Below are positions 28,248 through 36,514 of a stretch of DNA of 47,345 nt, piece by piece (the first letter of the stretch is position 1; each line of letters starts with the position of its first letter). The position numbers were made by a program, and so were the translations under genes. Under the pieces are notes generated by a model. It saw only the letters and a program-made list of their open reading frames with translations, did no database searches and had not been told where the DNA came from. The DNA comes from Candidatus Micrarchaeaceae archaeon (GTDB lineage Archaea > Micrarchaeota > Micrarchaeia > Micrarchaeales > CABMGC01): NCBI GenBank assembly GCA_038730205.1, contig JAVYRW010000001.1, positions 1 to 47,345 on the forward strand, read 5' to 3'.

Positions 28248-28356
28248 TTATTTCACATTTATAATAAATCATACTTTATAATTTTAAATGTTTTTATTAA
28301 AACGTCTTAAAACGTATATTATCTGTGTTGAAATTCAAAAGATATTTATATCTTAA

Positions 28357-29103
28357 ATGCGTAAATATATACTACTATCTTTGGGTCCGTCTATGAATAA
28401 AACAAAATATAAAAAATTAACTGAGAAAAAAAATGTTAAGATTAAAAAAATGGGTAAAAAAGTTAAAAAAATCCAAGGCGTTCCTAAAAAAACAAATAAT
28501 ATAAATAAAAAAATAATTAAAAATCTATCCAAACCAATAGTCAAAAAAACTACAAAAAACTCTGCAAAAATAGAAAAATTAAATTTAGAAAATATAAATA
28601 AGGCTAAAATTAAAGAAGTTGCAACAAAACAGTTATCAAATAATTCATTGAAAGAGTATATTTCTAAAAATGTAGGAAGTGGGGCCAATGGTATTTTAAG
28701 TTTACTTGTTGAGGAACCTAATGTTGATGAAAAAATTGCAGATGTTTTAAAATTAAAACTTAATGAAACAAGAAGAATGCTTAATTTATTAAATAATTAT
28801 GGTTTAGTTAAGTATAATATAAATAAAGATTCTAATGGATGGTTAACTTTTGTTTGGTATATGGATTACGAATCATTAGATCTATTTAGTAAAAAAATAT
28901 ACGAAATCACAGATACAAAAATTCAAATTTTACCTCAAGATTGTAATGATTTTTTTATTTGTAAAACATGTTCGAAGTCACGTACAATGGTAGTTTCATT
29001 TGAAACTGCATTTGATGGTAAATTTAAATGTGTTTGTGGAAACCAATTAACAATGATAGAAAGAGAAAAAGCAGAAGAATTATATAAAGCAGTAAACAAA
29101 TAA
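28357..29103 (+). CDS. tfe: transcription factor E (TFE alpha) with Lys-rich N-terminal extension
   Basis: 248-aa ORF. The C-terminal ~150 aa carry the TFE winged helix (ILSLLVEEPNVDEKIADVLKLKLNETRRMLNLLNNYGLVKYN...NGWLTFVWY) and a zinc ribbon (CKTC...CVCG). The ATG at 28393 is an alternative start. Confidence 0.75.
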   Translation: MRKYILLSLGPSMNKTKYKKLTEKKNVKIKKMGKKVKKIQGVPKKTNNINKKIIKNLSKPIVKKTTKNSAKIEKLNLENINKAKIKEVATKQLSNNSLKEYISKNVGSGANGILSLLVEEPNVDEKIADVLKLKLNETRRMLNLLNNYGLVKYNINKDSNGWLTFVWYMDYESLDLFSKKIYEITDTKIQILPQDCNDFFICKTCSKSRTMVVSFETAFDGKFKCVCGNQLTMIEREKAEELYKAVNK

Positions 29104-29113
29104 CATCATAAAA

Positions 29114-29188
29114 AGCGAGGTAGGGTAGCTCGGAGTGCCCGCCGGGCTCATAACCCGGAGGTCGGTGGTTCAAATCCACCCCTCGCTA
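29114..29188 (+). tRNA. initiator tRNA-Met (anticodon CAU)
   Basis: Acceptor AGCGAGG/CCTCGCT gives the A1:U72 pair typical of archaeal/eukaryotic initiators. The anticodon arm is CCGGG-CTCATAA-CCCGG, with three G:C pairs next to the loop. The T arm is GGTGG-TTCAAAT-CCACC. Confidence 0.9.
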
Positions 29189-29333
29189 CATTTAAATAAT
29201 GACCCCACGTTTCCACTAATCGTTTAGTTATAGTATATATAGTAAGTAATTCAAATTACATTAAAATATAAATATCAAATTTTTTGAAAAAAATATGAAA
29301 AATATTAGTGGAAATGTAGTGTTGTGATAAAAA

Positions 29334-29825
29334 ATGAATAAAAAAGAAGAATTAGAAGATTTGTTTAATAAAATAGAGTTAGAAAAAAAAACAAGAGAAT
29401 TATTACCTTTACCTGTTGATTTTTATAAAAAGAAACAAATAAATAATTTAACAGAAAAAATAATAGAAAATGAAAATTTAAAAGAAGAGAATTTAGATAA
29501 AAATATAGAAAAACTTATTAACAACATAAAAAAAATTAGAATTCAAAAAATACTTTTGTACATTGCATATGAAAAACGAATACCTATGCCAATACCTAAA
29601 GAAGAAGAAAACCTTTATATTTGTATAAAAGATATAATAAGTAGTCCTTCTTCAAATATAAAAAATAACAAAATAAAAATAATTAACAATACTCCGGAAT
29701 TAATAACTCCGGAAGGCAACAAAATAGGTCCGTTTAGAAAAGGACAATATATAAACATTCAAGAAATAGAAAATCAAAATGAAATAGATTTTATATTAAA
29801 TAACAAAATAGGAGAAATAATATAA
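29334..29825 (+). CDS. GINS-like replication protein (Gins15/51 family, tentative)
   Basis: 163-aa ORF. The N-terminal EKKTRELLPLPVDFY followed by ...IKKIRIQKILLYIA matches the pattern I recall for archaeal GINS A-domains. Otherwise the sequence is low complexity. Confidence 0.45.
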   Translation: MNKKEELEDLFNKIELEKKTRELLPLPVDFYKKKQINNLTEKIIENENLKEENLDKNIEKLINNIKKIRIQKILLYIAYEKRIPMPIPKEEENLYICIKDIISSPSSNIKNNKIKIINNTPELITPEGNKIGPFRKGQYINIQEIENQNEIDFILNNKIGEII

Positions 29826-29833
29826 GTGATTTT

Positions 29834-30115
29834 ATGAAAATAGAAAAAGAAATCAATACATTCTGTCCAACTTGCAACAAGCATACACTACACGCAGTAA
29901 AAAATGTTTCGAAAGGCAAACAAAGAGGATTAGGAAAAGCAACAAGAAGACATAATAGGGCCATTAAAGGTTATGTTGGTAGCGTTGAACCTAAAATTCA
30001 TCCTAAAAAATTGGGAAAGAAGCAAAAAGTAATTATAGAATGTAATATTTGTAAAAAGAAAGCTGAAAAAGTATTTGGTAAAAGAACAAAGAAAAAATTA
30101 GAAATCAAAAGGTGA
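29834..30115 (+). CDS. rpl44e: ribosomal protein eL42 (L44e)
   Basis: 93-aa ORF with the zinc-ribbon pattern CPTCNKHTLH...CNICKKK and a basic composition typical of L44e. Confidence 0.9.
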   Translation: MKIEKEINTFCPTCNKHTLHAVKNVSKGKQRGLGKATRRHNRAIKGYVGSVEPKIHPKKLGKKQKVIIECNICKKKAEKVFGKRTKKKLEIKR

Positions 30116-30870
30116 ATGTAACGATAATATCAAAAGAATTACCAGAAGAAAAAGAATTAGTTCTTGTAAAAATAACAAAAATAATGCCATATGGTGCTTA
30201 TTGTGAGCTCCAAGAATATAAAAAAGATGCTTACTTACCCATTTCAGAAATAGCATCGGGTTGGATTAAAAATATTCATGAATTTATAAAAGAAGGTCAA
30301 AAAACAGTCGCAAAGGTATTATCTGTAGATAAGGAAAAAAAGACTATAGATGTTTCATTAAAAAAAGCAACTCAAAAAGAAAAAACTGATAAACAAAACG
30401 AATTCAGTATAGAAAAGCGCTACGAGAAGTTATTTGAACAAGCGTTAATATTATCAAAACAAGAATCTAAAAAAGATAAAATTAAACAAGAATTATCTGA
30501 AAAATTTATTACATATACTAATCTTTTCAATAAATTGTTAGAAGATCAAAAATCTATAGATTTTATTAAAAATAAACAATTTTCCGAATCTTTATTAGAT
30601 ATAATAAGTAAAAATATTAAACCTAAAAAGTATATCGTTTCCTACACAGTTGAACTTAAGATAATAGATCCCAAAGTAAGTATTAAAAAACTTAAAACTG
30701 TTCTTGAGGAAATAAATAAGAAAGGTATTGATATTTTATATTTAGGTGCACCCAAATATAGATTTACTACAGAAGGAGAAGATTATATTTCAGCTGAAAA
30801 TAAAATAAAAGAATCAAAATCAATATTGGAAAAGAATAATTTTGTATTTTTCAATATGAAAAATGACTAG
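30112..30870 (+). CDS. eif2a: translation initiation factor aIF2 alpha
   Basis: 252-aa ORF with an N-terminal S1 domain (LVLVKITKIMPYGAYCELQEY...AYLPISEIASGWIKNIHEFIKEGQKTVAKVLSVDKEKKTIDVSLKK). The GTG start overlaps the rpl44e stop (GTGA). Confidence 0.88.
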   Translation: MNVTIISKELPEEKELVLVKITKIMPYGAYCELQEYKKDAYLPISEIASGWIKNIHEFIKEGQKTVAKVLSVDKEKKTIDVSLKKATQKEKTDKQNEFSIEKRYEKLFEQALILSKQESKKDKIKQELSEKFITYTNLFNKLLEDQKSIDFIKNKQFSESLLDIISKNIKPKKYIVSYTVELKIIDPKVSIKKLKTVLEEINKKGIDILYLGAPKYRFTTEGEDYISAENKIKESKSILEKNNFVFFNMKND

Positions 30871-30878
30871 GTATAATT

Positions 30879-31652
30879 ATGGAGAAAACAAAAATTTTTT
30901 ACGATAAAAAAATAAAACTTAAAAATCCTACTTTATTGGTTGGTTTGCCAGGAATAGGGAGTGTTGGAAGTTTAGTTGCAGAACATATTAAAAACGAAAC
31001 AAAAGCTCAAAAATTTGGTGTTCTTTACTCACCATTTTTTCCTCCTCACGTTATAATGGAAAAAAACGGCACGGTAAGAATGTTAAGTAACAGATTATAT
31101 CATTTTAAAAATAAAAAAGGTAATAGTATAATTATATTATTAGGGGATACTCAACCAATAACAACCAAAGGGCAGTACGCCGTTAACGGCAGAGTTGCAA
31201 AATTTTTCAAAAAAATAGGAGGAAAAACAGTCTACACCGTGGGTGGTTATAATATAAGTAATAGTTATGTAGAAAAGCCACGAGTTTTTGGAGTTGCTTC
31301 TAGTACTAAAATAATAAACAAATTAAAAAATGATGGAATAATCTTTGGAAATGCTTCCGGAAGTATCTTTGGTGCTGCTGGTTTACTTCCTGTTCTTTCA
31401 TCAAAATTTGGTTTAGATTCAGCATGTATAATGGGCGAAACTGGTCTGTTAGAGATAGATGCTAACGCGGCAAAAGCTGTACTAGAAAAACTAAATAAAG
31501 TATTGGAAATAAATATAAGTCCTTCTAATCTAGATAAAATAAAGAAAGAAACTGAAAAATTAATGAAAGAGTTAGAAGATACTTCAAAACAAAATCCCGA
31601 ACAACTTCAAGGAATGCCACAACACAAAGACAATCTTACTTATATAAGATAA
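30879..31652 (+). CDS. PAC2-family proteasome assembly chaperone-like protein
   Basis: 257-aa ORF with the N-terminal LLVGLPGIGSVGSLVAEHI signature of the archaeal PAC2/COG1938 family. Confidence 0.7.
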   Translation: MEKTKIFYDKKIKLKNPTLLVGLPGIGSVGSLVAEHIKNETKAQKFGVLYSPFFPPHVIMEKNGTVRMLSNRLYHFKNKKGNSIIILLGDTQPITTKGQYAVNGRVAKFFKKIGGKTVYTVGGYNISNSYVEKPRVFGVASSTKIINKLKNDGIIFGNASGSIFGAAGLLPVLSSKFGLDSACIMGETGLLEIDANAAKAVLEKLNKVLEINISPSNLDKIKKETEKLMKELEDTSKQNPEQLQGMPQHKDNLTYIR

Positions 31653-31684
31653 ATAAGAAACAATATTTTTTAATATCTTAAATT

Positions 31685-32344
31685 TCAAAGCAAAAGTAAT
31701 ATCATTGTTAATATAGCAGCAGAAACTGAACATAGAATATTTGTTGTATACTTATTGCCTACTCCTTTTTCTTCATAATATCCAAAAACAGAGTCAACAA
31801 TATCTCCAAAAAATCCCGCAACCACACTTAAAATTAAAAGAAGTACATTTCCAGTTAATACAAAAGCAACAATACCTATTATCAATGCTCCAAAAAATCC
31901 CGCAACAAATCCTAACATTGATACCGCACCAGAAGTCCCCGCATTAACTTTCCTCATACTAAACAACATTATTGCCTTTTTCTGGAGAACGCCCAACTCG
32001 CTAGAAAATTTATCTGCGGTTATTGCCGCAACCGAAGCTGTAAAAGCAAAAATAAGCAAAGACGAATTTAATCCTAAATACCCCCTAAGTGCATATAACA
32101 TGGTTATAATTAATGGAATTACTCCATTAGCTGCTACATTTTCCCAGCCCCTAGTTCCTTCGTAGATTCCATAAGCTATCTTTTGTTTCTTTTTAAAAGC
32201 AGTCACTAGAGCAGAAACTATTAAGAAACATAACATTAATAATAGAAAAAGCCACCACAAACTGCCTCCAAACAACACAAGCAAAACTCCTAAAATTATA
32301 GCTGAAAGAATACCTTCTTTATTAAGTGTAAGAAAAGACGTCAT
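31685..32344 (-). CDS. DUF92 / TMEM19-family integral membrane protein
   Basis: 219-aa polytopic ORF. The AITADKFSSELG and GDIVDSVFG blocks resemble the DUF92 (phytol-kinase-related) signature ADTxASExG. Confidence 0.65.
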   Translation of the reverse strand: MTSFLTLNKEGILSAIILGVLLVLFGGSLWWLFLLLMLCFLIVSALVTAFKKKQKIAYGIYEGTRGWENVAANGVIPLIITMLYALRGYLGLNSSLLIFAFTASVAAITADKFSSELGVLQKKAIMLFSMRKVNAGTSGAVSMLGFVAGFFGALIIGIVAFVLTGNVLLLILSVVAGFFGDIVDSVFGYYEEKGVGNKYTTNILCSVSAAILTMILLLL

Positions 32345-32423
32345 TTTATCAAATTATATATATTTCCACTATTTACAAAGGTTTATAAATCTAACTTCAG
32401 TTATAATACTACGAATTCTATGT

Positions 32424-32478
32424 AGGAAGGGTTAACTGGTCGCCTTGCCAGTGCATTAAATTGCACTGGCCTCTTCCT
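32424..32478. other. GC-rich nested-hairpin element (candidate small structured RNA or protein-binding site)
   Basis: AGGAAGGG-TTAA-CTGG-TCGCCTTG-CCAGTGCA-TTAAAT-TGCACTGG-CCTCTTCCT. The inner stem is a perfect 8 bp (32448-32455 / 32462-32469) and the outer stem is AGGAAG/CTTCCT. By my count 28 of 55 nt are G/C, against a very AT-rich spacer. It lies between divergent genes. Confidence 0.3.
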
Positions 32479-32634
32479 AGTTTTAATTTTAAACTTAATT
32501 TTTACCTTTGTATATTAGTTTATTTATATCTTTCTTTTTTGTCAATTGCAGTAATTATAACAGTAATTAAACAACTAATGGTATTTTAAATTTTAAGTAT
32601 AAATTATATATAAATCACTTTTTATGGTATATTT

Positions 32635-33585
32635 ATGGTTAAGGAGAAAGCTATTAAAGAACTAGAAGATCTTCCCGGAATTGGTCCAACAACAGCAGAA
32701 AAGTTAAAAGAAGCAGGATATACTGATTTAGAAAAGATAGCAGTTCTGTCTCCTCACGAACTTTCAGAAATTTCAGGTATGAGTGTAGATAACTCTAAAA
32801 AAGCAATTGAAGCTGCAAAACAAGCAACAACCCTTGAGTATAGCACAGCTTCAAAAATTTATGAAGAAAGAAAAGCTATTGGCAGAATTTCAACTGGCTG
32901 TAAGGATCTTGATGAATTACTAGGTGGTGGAATTGAAGCTAAAAGTATAACAGAAGCATATGGAAAGTTCGCTTCAGGCAAATCACAATTAAGTTTTCAG
33001 CTTTCAGTCAATGTTCAGTTACCTATGAACAACGGCGGTCTCGGTGGAAAGGTACTTTTTGTTGATACTGAAGGTACATTCAGACCCGAAAGAATTGAAG
33101 CAATAGCAAAAGCAGCCGATCTTAATCCTGAAGAAGCTCTTAATAATGTTTTTGTTGTACGTGCAGAAAATACAAGCCAACAAATTCTTACAATTGAGCG
33201 TGCAGATAAACTAATAAAAGAAAACAATATACGTTTGATAATAGTTGACTCTATGATGTCTCTATTCAGAAGTGAGTTTGCAGGAAGGGGTGCTTTAGGA
33301 GAAAGACAGCAAAAACTCAATGCACACATACACAAATTACAAAAACTTGCAGATACTTATTCATTGGCAGTTTATATAACTAATCAAGTTATGGATAATC
33401 CAGCAATATTATTTGGGGATCCAACAACTCCTGTAGGTGGTAATATTATAGCACATGCCGCAACCACACGTTTATACTTAAGAAAAAGTAAAGAAGATAA
33501 AAGAATCGTACGTTTGGTCGATTCACCAAACATGCCCGAAGGCGAAGCGGTAATGAAGATAACAAATAATGGGATACGTGACTAA
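32635..33585 (+). CDS. radA: DNA repair and recombination protein RadA
   Basis: 316-aa ORF with an N-terminal HhH (LEDLPGIGPTTAEKLKEAGY), Walker A GKFASGKSQL, Walker B LIIVDS, and the L2-region GGNIIAHAATTR. Confidence 0.93.
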   Translation: MVKEKAIKELEDLPGIGPTTAEKLKEAGYTDLEKIAVLSPHELSEISGMSVDNSKKAIEAAKQATTLEYSTASKIYEERKAIGRISTGCKDLDELLGGGIEAKSITEAYGKFASGKSQLSFQLSVNVQLPMNNGGLGGKVLFVDTEGTFRPERIEAIAKAADLNPEEALNNVFVVRAENTSQQILTIERADKLIKENNIRLIIVDSMMSLFRSEFAGRGALGERQQKLNAHIHKLQKLADTYSLAVYITNQVMDNPAILFGDPTTPVGGNIIAHAATTRLYLRKSKEDKRIVRLVDSPNMPEGEAVMKITNNGIRD

Positions 33586-33609
33586 ATATTTAAAGTTTGA
33601 AGTGTAAAG

Positions 33610-34368
33610 ATGCTTTTTTTAATAGGTTTGGGTTTAGGTCCTGGAGAAATTTCAATTAACGGTGTTTCAACAATTAAGAAATGTAAAAAGATTTTTATAG
33701 AAAATTATACTACCCCTATTTCTGAAGAATATATCTTTTTTTTAAAAAGTTTAACAAAAAAAATAACTTTCCTTGAAAGAAAAGACATGGAAGATTATGC
33801 AAAAAAACTCGTTTCTAATGCAAAAGAAGAAAACGTAGCTATCTTAATACCTGGAGATCCTTTAATAGCAACTACACATCATTTACTATTTATAATAGCT
33901 AAAAATCTTTCAATACCCATAAAAGTACTACATTCTTCATCAGTTTTTTCTGCAGCAGTAGCAGAAAGCAGATTGGACATATATAAATTTGGGCCCACTA
34001 CAACATTATCTAATTGGAGTGAAAAATACAAGCCCACATCTTTTCTTGAAAAAATTCAACAAAACATCAAAAATAATCAACACACACTTTTACTTTTTGA
34101 TATAATAAATAATGGTGAAAGAACATTATATCCAAAAGAAGCTTTATCTATAATAGAAAAAGCAGAAGAAAAAATAGAAAAGAAAGTATTAAGTAATAAG
34201 GAAGTAATACTTCTGGGAAATTTGGGTTGTGATAACCAATTAATTTTCTATGGAACTTTACAAAAAATAACCGAAATAAATACATCTGGATTAAATAAAT
34301 TTTGTATGGTTATTCCAGGAAAAATAAGTTTTGCAGAAGCAGAATTACTAGAATTAATAAAAAAATAA
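33610..34368 (+). CDS. dph5: diphthine synthase
   Basis: 252-aa ORF with the N-terminal MLFLIGLGLG, then IPGDPLIATTH and the tetrapyrrole-methylase fold pattern typical of Dph5. Confidence 0.88.
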   Translation: MLFLIGLGLGPGEISINGVSTIKKCKKIFIENYTTPISEEYIFFLKSLTKKITFLERKDMEDYAKKLVSNAKEENVAILIPGDPLIATTHHLLFIIAKNLSIPIKVLHSSSVFSAAVAESRLDIYKFGPTTTLSNWSEKYKPTSFLEKIQQNIKNNQHTLLLFDIINNGERTLYPKEALSIIEKAEEKIEKKVLSNKEVILLGNLGCDNQLIFYGTLQKITEINTSGLNKFCMVIPGKISFAEAELLELIKK

Positions 34369-34369
34369 A

Positions 34370-35380
34370 CTACCAATACTTTAAAGTAATCGCAAAAGCT
34401 GCAAAACCAAAACCTTCTACAAACCACAAACTGACAATTCTAAATAATATTGTAATAATTGATGCAAGTGCAAAACCTACTCCTATTGGGCCAAAAAATA
34501 ATGTAAGGTAACTTATTAATGCGGCATCAGTAACCCCCAAGGCTCCAGGAATACCTGTTATTATACCTATAAGTAAAGAAGAAGTATAAACAAAAACAAC
34601 AATCGGTATAAGAGAGATACCTATATTTATTCCTGTACTTAAAATTACAAAATATAAAGCAACTCCATTCAAAAACATCGAAGGCACCGTGTATATCATT
34701 GAATATATATATGTGCCTATTCCTAAAGAATTACTATTTTTAAAGTACATTGCTCCTTCTTTGAAAAATCCTCTAAGCCATCTTACATTACCAAAACGAT
34801 TTTTTAATAGTTCAAAAGGACCTTTGTTAAAAAAGAAAATAAAAGGCAACATTAATAAAATAGTTATAAATATTGACAAAATTAAATATTTTCCTACTAA
34901 AAATGACATAAATAAAGAAAGAATTATAAATCCAAAAAAATCTGTAAAGTTGTCCGCAACAACAGCAGGAAAAATCTTAGCAAATCTTGTTTTAGTTATT
35001 CTATTTATTGTATAAGCTACAACTCCCCTTCCCCATCTTCCGGGTGTTATATCCATAGAATACATAGATAAATAAACAATGAAATTTTTAGTTCTAGATA
35101 TGTGTATGCCTAATTTCTTAAGATAAAGTTCCCATTTTGGATAACGTATTATATATCCTAAGAACAAAACAACAAAAGCCAAAGAAAAATAAAAAAGATT
35201 TATTGACAAAAGCGATTTTATAAAATAACTGTATCCTTGATTTAATATTGCAAGAGCAGAAATTATAACAAAAATAATGAAACTTACTGTCATTACTATT
35301 AATATTACTTTTTTCGCCTTTTTAATGCTAAGGTCCCTTTCATCAAGATCGAGATTTTTTAATCGCTTCCTTTTCTTCAT
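34370..35380 (-). CDS. UPF0104 / flippase-like (LPG-synthase TM-type) membrane protein, tentative
   Basis: 336-aa polytopic ORF. The segment RYPKWELYLKKLGIHIS...ITPGRWGRG...VADNFTDF resembles the UPF0104 pattern. Confidence 0.5.
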   Translation of the reverse strand: MKKRKRLKNLDLDERDLSIKKAKKVILIVMTVSFIIFVIISALAILNQGYSYFIKSLLSINLFYFSLAFVVLFLGYIIRYPKWELYLKKLGIHISRTKNFIVYLSMYSMDITPGRWGRGVVAYTINRITKTRFAKIFPAVVADNFTDFFGFIILSLFMSFLVGKYLILSIFITILLMLPFIFFFNKGPFELLKNRFGNVRWLRGFFKEGAMYFKNSNSLGIGTYIYSMIYTVPSMFLNGVALYFVILSTGINIGISLIPIVVFVYTSSLLIGIITGIPGALGVTDAALISYLTLFFGPIGVGFALASIITILFRIVSLWFVEGFGFAAFAITLKYW

Positions 35381-35398
35381 GGTTACTTTTATGTTATA

Positions 35399-36415
35399 CT
35401 ACTTTTTAAACTTTATTATTCTTTCAGAAGAAGCTTTCTTGTCAACACTTAAAAGAGCAACTGCACTTTTTTCATGATAGTCTGTTAATATATAACCTGA
35501 TTTTTCAGCTATTTGTTTTGCAAATTCTTTTATATCTTCAGTTCTTGGCATTTGTTCGTATGAAAGTCCTCTTTTTTCATTTCTTGCACCACCAACATAA
35601 GAAAAACCCTTTACCTCTACATAATGTGGTTTACCTTTTTTAATTAAATCACAATAACCTTCAACATCCTCCATACTTAATTTTTTAACTAAAGTTAATC
35701 TGAAAACTCTTCTAGTTGGCAAAGTTGAAAAATATTCCAAAAAGTTTATGAAGTTTTCCCAAGTAGCTGTAAGATTCTTTGCTCTTGTTATTTTTCCATA
35801 AAGTTCTCTATTTGGTGCTTGTATTGAAACATAAAGTTGAGTTGGCATCTCAGTTAAAGCTTTTAATGCATTTATCATAGTTCCATTTGTTACAACAAAA
35901 GTACTTATCCCTCTATCATGAAATGCTCTTAATAATTCATTCATTTTTGGATAAAATAAAGGTTCTCCGGTAAGACTAAAAGCTACATGTGCAGGATCAT
36001 TTGATTCGTTCCATCTTTTCATATCTACCTTTTCATTACCTTTGTATCCACTAACTATTCTTTTATGTTCATTTACCAAACCTTCAACTATGCTTTCTGG
36101 AGAGTCCCATTTTTCAATAGCATTTATCTCATTCCAATTAAATCCTACTTCTTCAGGTATTATTCTCCAACAAAAAGTACAAGCCAAATTACAACCTATT
36201 GCAGGGGTTGCTTGTATACATCTCCAACTCCTTATACCATAGAATCTGTGTTTATAACAACTTTCACCACCTTTTAAACTATCTGAAGTATAATTACATA
36301 TTTTTGTTGCTGAATGTTTACCAACAAAATGATATCCTTGAGATTTCATCATGGTTGCTAAACCTTCGGGCATGTGTGGTTTTTCTTTTTTAATAAGTTG
36401 TTCAGTTTCCTGCAT
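35399..36415 (-). CDS. taw1: tRNA 4-demethylwyosine synthase Taw1 (radical SAM, Tyw1 homologue)
   Basis: HRFYGIRSWRCIQATPAIGCNLACTFCWR contains the radical-SAM CxxxCxxC motif in the Taw1 context. I trimmed the ORF-track start (36538) to the ATG at 36415 (MQETEQL...). The extra 41 codons are low complexity and overlap the divergent neighbouring gene. Confidence 0.85.
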   Translation of the reverse strand: MQETEQLIKKEKPHMPEGLATMMKSQGYHFVGKHSATKICNYTSDSLKGGESCYKHRFYGIRSWRCIQATPAIGCNLACTFCWRIIPEEVGFNWNEINAIEKWDSPESIVEGLVNEHKRIVSGYKGNEKVDMKRWNESNDPAHVAFSLTGEPLFYPKMNELLRAFHDRGISTFVVTNGTMINALKALTEMPTQLYVSIQAPNRELYGKITRAKNLTATWENFINFLEYFSTLPTRRVFRLTLVKKLSMEDVEGYCDLIKKGKPHYVEVKGFSYVGGARNEKRGLSYEQMPRTEDIKEFAKQIAEKSGYILTDYHEKSAVALLSVDKKASSERIIKFKK

Positions 36416-36514
36416 ATAATACACTATAATTATTAAGTAAAAATAATTTATACTAGTATTATGTAAAGAAAGATATATAATTTTACACGTCTTTATACTA
36501 AAAAGGTGTAATTT

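Noticed and set aside
29208-29317. 14-bp inverted repeat (ACGTTTCCACTAAT ... ATTAGTGGAAATGT, one mismatch) bracketing an 82-nt AT-rich segment just 3' of the initiator tRNA. Considered as a MITE or att remnant.
   Set aside because: A rough estimate uses about 0.3 match probability per base at this composition. On that basis, of the order of ten 11-bp inverted repeats within 150 nt are expected by chance in 47 kb. There is no target-site duplication, no second copy in the window and no integrase.
32424-32481. Reading the GC-rich hairpin on the minus strand as an H/ACA guide RNA: an 8-bp lower stem with a bulged A, followed directly by ACA.
   Set aside because: There is no 5' pocket strand, because the upper stem abuts the lower stem while 16 nt are unpaired on the 3' side only. 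There is also no K-turn or K-loop GA motif in the upper stem. It is kept only as an unclassified structured element.
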